A DNA stretch of 59,373 bases, counting the filler, from Asterionella formosa (taxonomy: Eukaryota), in NCBI GenBank assembly GCA_002256025.1. It is 10 parts of 10 records of this genome, joined end to end, with 100 filler letters (N's around TTAATTAATTAA, not from the genome) between each part and the next. Parts side by side here need not be neighbours in the genome. Positions count along the whole stretch, not along the records: positions 47,615 to 53,434 come from NKIB01012913.1; positions 53,535 to 59,373 come from NKIB01012914.1; 8 more parts are not named here. The stretch is one strand, 5' to 3'. Below, one piece after another: positions 47,792-59,373 of this stretch. The notes beneath the pieces were generated by a model that saw only the letters and a program-made list of their open reading frames with translations, made no database searches and had not been told where the DNA came from. Every line of letters starts with the position of its first letter. The stretch's first letter is position 1. A program made the translations under genes and the position numbers.

Positions 47792-49148
47792 TCATTCTCG
47801 ATAATTCCACAGTTTGCCATTTTCCTGCTTTGGTGGTTGAGGATGCATTTGAGGAAGACCATAGAATGCCATGGTCAGATGTGATGCATCAAAGATTACA
47901 CACCCCGACTGTATGGTTGCATCCCTTACTGTTTTCATCTCCTCGTCTCGAAATCCTCGTTTACTATCAGGGCTGGCTGTAGTAGTTTTGAAGAAACAAC
48001 GTCCACGTTCACCACCTGCAAAGTGATGCAACAGTGGCATGATAGTGTCAACTTGGTCTTCAGTCAACATGCCCCGAAGGCCTCGATTGTACATGACTAT
48101 GTCCACGTCTGGAAGAATATGGTGTAGCGAACTAGTAGAACTGTTTTCATTCAATGCCTGATACAATGGTGCACTCCAATCAAAGTCTTTGGCACGCTGA
48201 CGGCCAATGAGATGCTCGTTATCCTTTTCGGTCATTCGACATGTCCCTTTGAATGCACAATCAGTAAAATTCCATCCCCGAACAGGATAGGGATTTGATC
48301 CCCATCCAAGTTCTGAAATGAAACTCAATATGACTTTTCCTCCTTCAGGAGCACCAACATCATCAGATACATACAAAAAATTCTCAACAGGGACATGCAC
48401 AGGACCTGCGGTTGGGTCATCTTCCTTTCTGGCACATAAACATTGAAATCTGCCATTAAATGTTCCACCATCTATACCACCACCCAAATCACGATGGTAT
48501 GTTTGGAAATTTTTCCAATCACCTTCCATACACACATTGGGTTCAGAACTTGGAGAACATGTAGCTTCCCCTTGCTCATTGAAATGAGTACAATTCTTTT
48601 CTTTCCCAAATCTCGGTGGATATTTCCCTTTTTCAATGAAATATGCCAAACTGATGAATTGATATCTAGTCAATGAATCTACAATGAAGGACACATGTTT
48701 CTTGGACAAACACTGGCGTGCTTCTGACGCCGTATATCGATGTAAATGACATGTAAAGGGTAGATTTAATTGCCTTGAGCCATCTGCTCGAAGGGTCCAC
48801 ACATTTGGAGAACGATCCGTCATTTACTGGAGAATTAGGTGCATTCATTAAGGATCGACAGGTGGGAAGTGTCTGTATAGTTTTTGTTGGTGTAGTGCTG
48901 GTGCTAGTGCCAGCAATTGCATCTTCCAATCTTTTCACTTGTGCTCGTAGAGTGGAAATGCCAAGTGGATCTTGTCGCGCTTTATTACCGGTAGCGAACA
49001 GGTCAAAAATTGATTGTAGCGATCCTGCACGCGAGAACAATTGGAAACCAATGAAACCTACAAACAAAACTGATATTGGAAGCAACAAGTGCAACGACTT
49101 CTTAGTTCTTGTTTTCCCCTGCTGCCGAGGAGTTCGTACCTGCACCAT
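47792..49148 (-). pseudogene. Frameshifted type II membrane SGNH/GDSL (PC-esterase-like) protein
   Basis: The N-terminal TM part (ATG 49148) and catalytic-like part (ARQCLSKKHVSFIVDSLTRYQF) overlap in different frames near 48815. The GDS motif reads VDS. Confidence 0.6.
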
Positions 49149-49414
49149 GCTGATGACGATGATAGGAGCGTTGAAACCACAAGCTATTGGCACAACTGTC
49201 TTCAACTGTGTCTATGAGACATGAGACAACAATGTCCAGAAAACAGTCCACGAGGGTGGTTGCCTTTATCAACGTACATCGCCAGTTCCGGTAAACACGA
49301 TCGATAATTTAGCGAACCTTCCTGACTTCCGTTTGGTAATAACATACCTACCGGTACGGAACCGGCAGTAAGAATCGGAGTTTAGGACTGGTACACACCC
49401 CACGTAGCCTACTC

Positions 49415-49630
49415 GCAATTCACGCTCCACATATCGTTTTGCCATTCGGGTATTTCTAAGTAAATTTTATTCTCCAACTAATTTCATAAGTAATTGTTAT
49501 GTTGAGGCAATATGGGGCACATGGAAGTTTTCTGCATAAATAATTGCAGTTTTAGCATGACAGCCAGAATAACGGTAATATAGAAATGGCAAAACAAGCG
49601 TTAAAGACACGAGAATGATTGTAACATGCA
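49415..49630 (-). repeat. GCAATTC-terminated ~215-bp repeat; homologs at 52035-52254 (+) and 54252-54470 (+)
   Basis: Three copies share GCATGTT..CATTCTCGTGT..TTACCGTTATTCTGG..TGTGCCCCATA..TTACTTAGAA.TACCCGAA..GGAGCG.GAATTGC and end at the same base. Confidence 0.85.
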
Positions 49631-50247
49631 ATATCTGCAAGTTGCGGTAATTTTGTTGAAACTTTAGATTTAGCTATCTTTTTTCTAGATTAAAACATTA
49701 GTTTAAGCAAAATGAACGCAACTTGCTGTTGTTGTTTGTTGTTCCACACAGTTGTTTTGTTTTGATTGTAGCTATCTATCTAAATAGTAAAATTTGTTGA
49801 TTTGTATAGTTGTTGACCATGATGTCAATATTGCCACCAAGCACTGCTACTTTTTTACTACGAGTTCAAATCACAAGCAAGCTACGTGTATTCAGCTATC
49901 AATAGTGCTGGAGCAGCCTGGCAATCATGCTCAGTCAGAATGGATTGGAATGGAATGATCAGGGTTCTTTGATGGGAGGAACGACTGTGGGCAGAAGGAC
50001 TGCAACTTGTGTCAGGTTGCAGCAACCAGATCATCTACGCTTCATAACGATGCATATCTAAATTGGGTTCAGCATTTTTCCTTCTTATTTCGGTCTTTGA
50101 TTGTGTGGTAATGGCGGGTCAATGTTGCCTGTGTAAGTAGCTCCTACAATGTCACAATGTATAAGCCTACATTGAAACTCCTATTTTTTAATTCATTTCT
50201 AACCCAAAACTATATTTTGTATTTCTCATTTGACACTACTTATTACA

Positions 50248-51991
50248 TCGAACTTCGGATTCTTTTCGGATAGACTGATTTCATTCTAATAGACTGGATT
50301 TAGTCTGTGTTTTCAATCCCTTGCCCCTAGCTCAATTCAACGGATATTTCATTTCTGAAAAGATAATCTAAATCTACAGAACTGGATGTTTCTAGAGGTA
50401 TGCATGGCAATAAGCTTTAATAGGGGTTTAAAAAGTTTTAGATACATGAGTAGTCTGCCTGCCAAAAAATCTCAAAATATCTGTGCGGTATGGCGCGAAA
50501 AACAAAATTTGACAATGGTCAAAGGTGCCATCGTTTCATGCCTTTCCAATTTCATTCACCCATAGCTGTGGTTCCGAAATCATCATGTGAACATCGCAAA
50601 AGACCATCGACTTGAAGGAATGACATTTCGGCAGAAGGAGCTCAAGGAAATCAGAGGTAAGGATGCGATGGCCATTATGGTCACTGCTCCCGGGACTGTA
50701 GATGATGTTGATACGACTGAGCTATCATTGAAAATCATTCCTAGATCATTTCCGATGGTGATCCAGACACCTTTTACTATGATGAAGGCGATTATTTACT
50801 TGAGGAGGCAGCAGAAGGTGAAGTGATGCCTTCAGAGCTTCTCAAACTTGTAAAGTGTAGTACTGGCGCAGTTCTTGACACTGACAATATTGCCATCCTA
50901 GCCAGATTTTTTGATATTGGTGTTGACAATGCCCCAAGATCTGAAAAGTTTTTTTCACAATGAAGTTGCAAACAATTTGTTTGACAATGAGTGGGATATG
51001 TCAGGAAGTCGCAAAAGAAGCCAGTTGAATGGATCAAAGGCAGAGCATCCAATATTTTCATCATTTCAAATTCATTGGAAGATGACTGCCTTCCAATTAT
51101 TTGATTTAATCTTTCCTTTCAAGCTCTGGAATGATTCAATTATGTTTATCATTGATCAAGAGGTAGAGGGCAAACCTGTAATCACTCATTTGGATTGGAA
51201 AATGGTGGAATGAGAATGGTGGAGGGGAAAGTGTGCGCAGATCATGAATAACAGAAAAAGATGACATTTACAGTGGTTTTCTACCACCACTACAAGCTTT
51301 GTCATGCTGTTGTCGATCATAATGCAACGAGGAATTCCTCAATTAGTTTGGAGGTGGAATGGGCGACAAAATGGTGGCCAAATAGAATATTTGCGTTCCT
51401 CCTTTCAGTCATGGAAGTAAATGCCATCCTGGCATATTAACACTTCTGCATTGAGAAGGTTGATAGCATGCTTGGTCTTTGCAAGCTTTTGCAGAGGCAT
51501 TGGTATGTAATCATTATTACATCGAAGAAGACAGAAAATCGCCTAGAAGGTCGTCAAGATTGACTATAAATGCTGAGCACATTGTTTTCCAGCTACCCAG
51601 AGGCAAGAAAATTTTCGGGACAGAGGTTGTGGTTCTGACAGCTCCCACCTCCAAAGTACATGTGCAGACTGGAAAATGATGACTTGGACATGTTGTGTAT
51701 GGTCAATGGGTATGTTTCGATATGTTGATTGCTGTTTACATCATTCCATTGAAGCAGCATTGAGTCCTCCCAGTCCAGACTGATCTGTGTCTGCAGAGTT
51801 TTTCATGTTGTGACTGACACATGACTAAATATTAGTGGTTCAAATTCCAATTCTTTGTCTTCAACATGTGTAGCCCTTTTAATCAGGAGAAAAAGTACTA
51901 TTTAACGATGTATCAAAAGTTCGAGGAAAGTAACAATAAGGTTTTCAAATTGAGAGACTGAAATCAGAGCTGGAAAGAACCCGATTTCATA
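50248..51991 (+). mobile_element. Degenerate DNA transposon, piggyBac-related transposase family, copy 2
   Basis: HAVVDHNATRNSSISLEVEWATKWWPNRIFAFLLSVMEVNAILAY at ~51300-51437. Ends TCGGATTCTTTTCGG..GACTGATTTCA / AGACTGAAATCAG..CTGGAAAGAACCCGA. Collinear with 2306-4439. Confidence 0.72.
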
Positions 51992-52301
51992 CTTTGTTTG
52001 CTCCAAACATCATGTTCAATTTTCATTGATGTTGCATGTTGTTAAAAGCATTCTCGTGTGTTTTACGCTTGTTGTACCCTTTCTATGTATTTTACCGTTA
52101 TTCTGGCTATCATGCTAAAATCGGCAATTTTTATACCGAAAAATTCGATGTGCCCCATACAACCCCTAAAAAATATAACTCAAGAGATTACTAAGAGCCT
52201 AAAAATTACTTAGAAGTACCCGAATGGCAAAACAATACCTGGAGCGGGAATTGCGTAAGGGAAATCCTACCAAGGTTGTAATTTTTTGTTTGCCTCGGCG
52301 G

Positions 52302-52662
52302 TGTTGGAAAAATGCGAGCTGACTGCCACAGGACAGGCGTGAAGGGTATAGTAGACACGAGAGAGAACAGTACTACAGTTAAAACCGTACAGCCGCTACC
52401 AAGATTTACCTGGGCTGACGTGGTAAAAGGCACAACGCAAGGAAAAGCAATCAGAGGTCAGGAAAAAATGTTAAAATGCAATGTGAGTACCGGTAATAAG
52501 ACTGTTTCGAGACCATTATCTCGAAACAATCCAGTTAGTAAAGTGAAAGTTTAAGTTTGACAACTTCTTCCTCGTTGCTATCAATTTCATCAACTGTATT
52601 CGATTAACACAGTACTAGGTTCAAGGCCTACGATACGGTCGAATACGGTAGTTGTTACAACA
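52302..52662 (+). mobile_element. 5' LTR of a CoDi-type Copia retrotransposon (361 bp)
   Basis: TGTTG...CAACA inverted termini about 160 bp upstream of an intact gag ORF. Confidence 0.7.
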
Positions 52663-52825
52663 TTGTTTCAAGATAAAAATAAAATAAAATAAAACAAAAC
52701 AAAAGGAACAGCCATTCACAAGGAAGGCTGGAGTTTCGACATTTCAATCGAGGTTTTGAACACTTTATAGATTCGAGTAGCGCAGCTGAAGGCCGCAGCC
52801 ACCAATCAAGGAACCAACGAACCCC

Positions 52826-53434
52826 ATGAGCGCCACCCCAGACGCAACGACAAGCGGCAGCTTAGCGAGTGGACGCGGCAGCACCGGTGGGAGAGGGCGA
52901 AGGGACAACCGTCCGCGCGGGAGCCGTGGCGGCCGGGCAAGGACACAAGCGACAAGCAACAACCGTGGCATTTTTAAGGGCAGCACAGAGGGCATGAACG
53001 GAAATGTATTTGAATGCTATGAAGAACAAAGTGACAGACGCCAATACGCCAAAACGTTAGAAGTTCTAGACGGATATGTGAGGAAAACACTGAAGTACTC
53101 TGAAGACCTTGCCCCTTTGTTTGCCGACACCATGGCGGTTCCCATGGTAGACATGCCAGATGACCTAGATGACGATGCAGGACTGACCATGAAAATGATT
53201 TTCGCAGAAGAAGTAAAAACGTATGTCAAGCGCAATCATACCCTGAAGAGCAACCTAGCAACAGTGTATGCGGTGATTTGGGGCCAGTGTAGTGATGACA
53301 TGAAGGCAAAGGTCAAAACGCACGATGACTACAAGGACAAGACTGCCAACAACGATTGTTTTTGGCTTCTAAAACAGATCAAGTCGATTACTTTACAGTT
53401 CGATCAGAGCAGGAATGGTTTCATTGCACTTTTG
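52826..53434 (+). CDS. CoDi-type Copia gag(-pol) N-terminus, truncated by contig end
   Basis: RG-rich start, FKGSTEGMNGNVFEC, VYAVIWGQCS..MKAKVK and DCFWLLKQIK motifs of diatom CoDi gag. No stops. Confidence 0.8.
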
Positions 53435-53534
53435 NNNNNNNNNNNNNNNNNNNNNNNNNNNNNNNNNNNNNNNNNNNNTTAATTAATTAANNNNNNNNNN
53501 NNNNNNNNNNNNNNNNNNNNNNNNNNNNNNNNNN

Positions 53535-54251
53535 GAGAGTTCAACTGGGTGGTAGTGAGGGTGTGGGGATGGACCGGCAGGGGTGTAGTAAGCAGGAGAG
53601 CCGAAGGCGGCAGACCGAATAGGGGGTGCCGACTGAGTGAATGGAGTCATCCGGGCGAGCTCGGCCTGTAGATGGGCGATGCCGGAGCTATGGGGGGTGG
53701 CGGTGGACCGGTGGGACCAGGGAATCGACGGGGAGTCGGGAGGGTTGGGAGCAGACCGGCCGTTGGGGGTGATCTGGTGATAAGGGTGGAAATGGGGACT
53801 CATGTGTTGTTGTGGGTGGTGTGCTGAATGGCGCGGCAGGGGCGGCGCAGGATGATGTAAAGATGATGCAACATACTCAGGCAACGACGTGGGAACGTAT
53901 ATGGAGGGAGGATGACCATGAGCGGCAAAGGAGTGGTGGTACAGGGCATCGCCGTGAGGAGTCGGCGGCGAATCGGGGCGCCACAGTGGATCTTGATTGG
54001 CGTCGGGCGAGGTAGAGCGCATTATGAGAAATCAACCAGAAGGGATCAATAACCTGTCAGAGAGAGAGAGGGAGAGACGATCGCTTACAATGGATCGACA
54101 GCGATCGATTGATAGAGAAAGTGAGTTTTAGAGTGAAAGAATTAGGGATACTATTGCTAGCTACTGGGAAAGACCTACTTGCGTATGTTCTAGCACAGGG
54201 TAACCGGTACCCTGTACTAACGACTTACACGTAGATGAGCTCATTTTAACA
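53535..54251 (-). mobile_element. Copia retrotransposon 5' end: LTR 54055-54251, PBS-like GGTTATTGATCCC, Pro/His-rich gag start at 54022
   Basis: Minus strand TGTTA...TGACA is followed at once by GGTTATTGATCCC (cf. copia-type GGTTATGGGCCC PBS). The ORF is open to the contig end. It interrupts a GCAATTC-family copy. Confidence 0.7.
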
Positions 54252-54643
54252 GCATGTTACAATCATTCTCGTGTGTTTTACGCTTGTTGTACCATCTCTA
54301 TGCATATTACCGTTATTCTGGTTGTCTTGCTAAAATCGGCAATTTTATTGCCGAAAAATTCGATGTGCCCCATATTGCCCTTAAATAAAAATTACTTAAG
54401 AAATTACTTAGAGACTAAAAATTACTTAGAAGTACCCGAATTGCAAGACGATAGCTGGAGCGGGAATTGCTCCAGCAATGCTCGATCACGACTCCGGACA
54501 TTCGGTCGACTTACAGAAGTATGTTCGTACACCTGTAGTACAGTTGGTTCGAATTGGTCGTCTCGCAATCGAACAAAGAAGAAAAAGGCGTTTCATCACA
54601 CATTCAATAAAACAACCAAAAAATCAAAAAGAACAAAGCAAAC

Positions 54644-55978
54644 ATGTCGGCTTCTTTCAGTGGTTCATACGCCACTACTACCCATGAAGCTCCAGTTGAT
54701 AATGAGCATGGCGTACTAGCTGTGCTCGCTAATAATGGAGTGCGTGTCTGTTCTGTTCACCAAGACGTTCTGCTTGGCCAAAGGAATATTATTGGAGTTT
54801 GGAAGACTGTGATGGACAGCTGCAATATTTGCAATCGTGAACGTTGGACTACTCAAGGGCCTGCTGCTCTAGCGATTAACACTTTAAATTCGCACGAAAC
54901 GATTATTGGTTATCTATCATTGATTAGAAAGAAAAATCGTTTTGGTGGATTTTCCCCTGTTCAAAAAAATGGTCTCCAGACACTTGCTAACTTGGCTTCG
55001 ATGCAGACCAACAAGGTGACGATTGCTAGAGAAGGAGGCATCACTACGATTCTAACTTTGATGAGGGAATATCCCAAGTCAATTTTTTTGCAATTATATT
55101 GTTGTCAAGCACTCCAGAACTTGGCTTTTGATTATTCCCAGAACCAGTTGACGATTGCAGAGGGTGGAGGTATCACTTGTATTTTTAATGCGATGTTGAG
55201 AAGTCCGCGCATTGCTGAATTGCAAGAATATGGGTTCATGGCACTTCGAAACTTGGCTGCGAATGACGAGAACAAGGAAGCGATTGCTAACAACCAAGGT
55301 ATCAATAATATTCTGTCTGCGATGGATAGACATTCCGAAAATGCTACTGTGCAAAAAAATGGTTGTGAAACACTTCTAAACTTGGCTGGGAATGGCCGTA
55401 TCAAGGAGCTGATTGCTGAAGCAGGAGGTATCACTACGATTCTTTCTGCAATGATGAAACATCCAAAGAATGCTATTGTGCAAGAATATGGTTGTGCAGC
55501 ACTTTGGAGCTTGGCTTGGAATAATCGCAATGGTGCACAATATTGGAACCAGCATAATGGCAGTAACTCGACGACTGCTAAAACAGCTATCTCTGTGATT
55601 CTTATTGCCATGTTTTCTAATCCCCATAGTGTTAATGTACAACACTATGGTTGTGCAGCACTTAGTAACTTGGCTGAGAATAATGACGAGAACAAGGTGA
55701 TGATTGCTGAAGCAGAAGGCATTACTATGATTCTGTCTGCGATGGAGACTCATATCTATAATGCTGATGTACAACACTATGGTTGTGAAGCACTTTTCAA
55801 ATTGGCTAGGGAAAATGAAAAGAACAGAAGGATTATTGGTGAGCACAATGGTATTTTTAGGATTATTTCTGCAGTCAAAAATCATTCATCCAATCAAGAT
55901 TTGCTTGGCTTTGGTCATACTTTAATTGAAATGTTACTTGTTACTGACAGAGGGATGACAACAATGGTAAGGCTATGA
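54644..55978 (+). CDS. Armadillo-repeat protein
   Basis: Repeated ~42-aa units VQ..GC.AL.NLA...ENK..IAEAGGITTILSAM..H. Confidence 0.85.
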   Translation: MSASFSGSYATTTHEAPVDNEHGVLAVLANNGVRVCSVHQDVLLGQRNIIGVWKTVMDSCNICNRERWTTQGPAALAINTLNSHETIIGYLSLIRKKNRFGGFSPVQKNGLQTLANLASMQTNKVTIAREGGITTILTLMREYPKSIFLQLYCCQALQNLAFDYSQNQLTIAEGGGITCIFNAMLRSPRIAELQEYGFMALRNLAANDENKEAIANNQGINNILSAMDRHSENATVQKNGCETLLNLAGNGRIKELIAEAGGITTILSAMMKHPKNAIVQEYGCAALWSLAWNNRNGAQYWNQHNGSNSTTAKTAISVILIAMFSNPHSVNVQHYGCAALSNLAENNDENKVMIAEAEGITMILSAMETHIYNADVQHYGCEALFKLARENEKNRRIIGEHNGIFRIISAVKNHSSNQDLLGFGHTLIEMLLVTDRGMTTMVRL

Positions 55979-57586
55979 TTCTGTTTGCAACCACAAATCA
56001 GTCATCCAATACTGATGTTATTGGCTATGGTCTGAGAGTACTTGAAATGATACTGAAATGATTATTAGGGTTAGGGTTCAAAGTGAAGTATCTAACTAGA
56101 AGTAGTAGTATTTGTTGAATATATGAGCTTATTAGTTATAATCCTTGTGTGCAACTTGTTCTCTAAATTGTACGCTAAGTGGCACAGGATTTTCAAGATT
56201 AGAGTTAGGGTTGAGCCATAGAGACTTGACTGTGGGGGGCAGTTTTAGGTTAAGGGTTAGGGGTGCTTGGAATTGTGGCGTCAACCATGTGTCGTGATAT
56301 GATCATGGGTCAGATTGTATGCTGATCATTGTAGGGTACGGTACGACTTGGCACGTAGTAGGATTAGTTCAAGTTGCTAAGGGGACACGTGCTGTTGCAG
56401 TAGGGGTTCCAAGTATCTTGAGTAAAGATGCCAGCTGGCAATCCGAACCATGGAAGAGGTGTGGTTGGCTGGTAGGAGAAATGTCTGGGATACATGGGTA
56501 TGTACCATGAAGTCATGTGGAACGTCAGGGGTGTTCAGGTTGTGGTATGAGCGTGTTGGGAAGCCCAGTAGAAATGTAAAATCACTATAGGTGCAACAGT
56601 TACGTCTGAAGTGTCACCAGTAGTGGTTTAGATGCACCAAAAAACGAAATAGACAATGGGATTAGAAAGTTCACAAGGTTTCTTTTACTTCTGTGATCGG
56701 ATATCTCGCTTTAACAGTAACAATAGGCACAATACTAGCTGATGATTGACTTGGAGATCAATGTCAAGGAACTATCACAATTTAATAGAGTGAAAACAAA
56801 TGAAGATGAAGATGAAGTACGCGCAAGTTGACAAATTGAAATGTTGAATTTTAATTGAATTGCAAAAGAATATTTCGACAAGGTCGATGAACAAGGAGAC
56901 AAGAGAGGACATCTGCAAATAAAAACTATCATATTTCCATGATGCATCATAGGATTGTGATCATCTGATCATTATTTTTCGTTGTATCATCTAATTATTT
57001 TGATAAATTCCCTTATAATTTAAATAGTAACCCTTTTGACTAAATATATTTAATTATTATATGTATTGTTTCTATTGGATTCCTGTATTTGAATTTCTTG
57101 GTAGGATAATGTACCAGCTAAAGTAATGTAATTTGACTCATCATTTCCATCCGTCATCACTCCGATTTTTGCAACAACAACGAAATACTAGCGATGACAA
57201 GTGGAATGATTGTTTGCGACAACGACGTTATCAATTGTTGGTCAAGTGATCATTATATCTTTGAGTAATCGTCATGTGCAGTGAACATTTGTTCATAATC
57301 ATTCAATTAAGAGTTTACAGAGAAGAAATCATTCGAACTCATAATGGATCCACTCACAGTGCACATTGTAAATCCGTTTCGTCGACCACCAGCATTACAA
57401 TCTCGCCAATCAACCCGTAAACAAACACATTCTACTTGTTCTTGTTGACATTTCAATTCTCACATGATACTACATCTACTATTGAGAAATGTAACGGACT
57501 ACTGTTCACATAGCCATAGTTATAGAATGATTCTGATTACAATTTCTTTTTCATATCGCTCGTTTCTGCATTTGGCATGCTGTACT

Positions 57587-58051
57587 TGTATTTACTATTG
57601 AACTTGTCCGCATCTTTGATACCATCACCCAAGAGAGCGAAAGCAAGTGGCTCTCGTCATTGTTGCTTCATTGTTGTTTGCTCGTAGGAAATATTTGATA
57701 TCCGTATCATCATTTGCTTGTTGGAACTGTCCGTTGCCTCAAACCTGCTTGGCGTGTGCGTACACAAACTGTCGACTTGTTTTCATTGGAATGTTGTTCT
57801 TGTATTCACTGTTGAACTTGTCCGCATCTTTGTTACCATCAATCGAGCGACAAGTGGGTCTCTTCATTGTTGTTTGCTCCAGGAAAGCAAAGTCGGTGTC
57901 TGTGTCATCCCCATCAATAGAGGGACAAGTGTCCTTCATCTTTGCCGCTGGAAAAATTGGTACCTGTGGTATTGTCAATCGCTCGTTGGAACCACTGTCT
58001 GTTCCCTCAAACCTGATTAGCGTGTGTGTATCATGTGCACTATCGACTTGT
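57587..58051. repeat. Diverged tandem duplication (57587-57780 and 57801-58051) in a decayed minus-strand ORF
   Basis: Shared blocks TTGAACTTGTCCGCATCTTTG.TACCATCA and CCTCAAACCTG.TT.GCGTGTG...TCGACTTGT. Confidence 0.75.
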
Positions 58052-59373
58052 GTTGTACATTACAGCAGTGACTTAGCTACTAAAGTGCGTGTTATAATAT
58101 CATACTCCGTAGTATGATGCAGTATGCAGTTGTTGCCAATCAACATTGAATGATTGATAAGATGATAGTGTGATATTACAATAGGGTACTTCGATACATA
58201 CATCACCAAAGTATGATACGTAATATTGAATAATGTTTGTCACATAGCTATGATACATTGATCATAGAACTATGACTATTTAATAAAATGTTTATGATAT
58301 ATTTTTATTCAAAATATGATTATGTTAATATAATACAATGATAATAGAATACGATAAATATGTACACAAGTGTTATCAATACATCATAGAAGAAAGATTG
58401 ATCAATCATAAATTATATTATTTAATATATATATTCGACTTTTAATGTATACAGTAAAAGCAAATAGTTATTTTGATATTATAATTTATAGTGAAATAGG
58501 ATCTAAGTATACGGATGCGTTGATATATACATCACCATAACATGATTTGTGATATGGATTGATGCATATCACATACCGGTATCCTCCACAACCAGCCATC
58601 ACGTTCATCATTGTGTCGTTTTTCCTTGTTCTACATATATGTACTGTGTAAACACTACGCTGGCGGAACATGCATATTACTACACTGCTGTGCTCTATTC
58701 AACAATTACTACACTCGGTTACCATCACACCAGCTGCACCTCCACAAGCGCCGCAAAAAGCTCCGCGTTTCCCTTCCACTATTTTAATCATAGTCTTTTG
58801 GCCCTTTGACAACTTTCCAAATGGCATTTCACGGATTTCATGGAAAGGATCAGTCAAACAAGAAACGAGACTTACTTCCATTGTTTACACTACACGACTT
58901 TATGTTTTCGGAAAAGAAGATGAAGCAATTTATGAAATCAATCGCAGATTTGCTCCTTTGAATACAATCAAAGATCAGATGAATTTGAACAGATTCATAA
59001 TACTCCAGAAAAAAATGAAGTATGCCGATACAATAGTGGTAGAGATTGAAAAGAAGGATAGATTGCTTTCGAAGAGCTGAGGAAACCCAAACAGTTGTTC
59101 TTAGCGGATGAAGACTCTATTCCTACAGAGTCACAGTTCCATCCAGTGTCGAATTTTGCTCATTCTCCTGAAATCGCCAAAAATGAAGAAGAACTCAGTG
59201 ATTATCATTCATTTGATGAACAAGTTCATGCGATTAATAAAAACACCGGCGGAAATGTGGCAGACAACACTTCAGAAGTAGAAATGGTTGAAAAGTTGCA
59301 AAACCAAGAAATATGTCTCACTATTCGTCCAGAACATCAAGATGAACATCATGAAAGCAGAGAAACTATTGCA

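Noticed and set aside
54273..54719. 148-aa ORF upstream of the ARM gene
   Set aside because: Mostly translates the non-coding GCAATTC repeat copy, and the frame is not kept in the other copies.
1..59373. A functional gene cluster across the window (several methyltransferases and plastid genes)
   Set aside because: The genes lie on different, roughly size-sorted contigs, so adjacency across spacers has no biological meaning.

Overview
This window is eukaryotic nuclear DNA, almost certainly from a diatom: it contains CoDi-type Copia gag/RT remnants, bipartite signal+ASAFAP-like plastid presequences, a spliced arginase and short GT-AG introns. It is not one locus. It is ten unlinked contigs of about 5.8 kb joined by artificial 100-bp spacers (N44-TTAATTAATTAA-N44), so synteny across spacers is meaningless. 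Recognisable genes are cyclin L, SmD3 (3 introns), plastid PGP synthase (pgsA), a histidine phosphatase, a PRMT-fold methyltransferase with an apparent thylakoid-lumen presequence, a METTL24-like methyltransferase, an ankyrin-like protein, a plastid PPR protein, quinolinate synthase (nadA), arginase (3 introns) and an ARM-repeat protein. The rest is dense, nested transposon debris. It includes a TTAA-flanked Kolobok-type family (one copy sits in a TTAA inside a relative), a piggyBac-related family lacking TTAA ends, an unclassified GCAATTC-terminated TIR family, MITEs, Gypsy/Copia/LINE relics and possible Helitron ends. The most distinctive unexplained signal is the recurring palindromic CCAGGTACCTGG/TACCGGTA clusters lying 5' of many genes. 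All calls are by-eye motif recognition; no searches were run.
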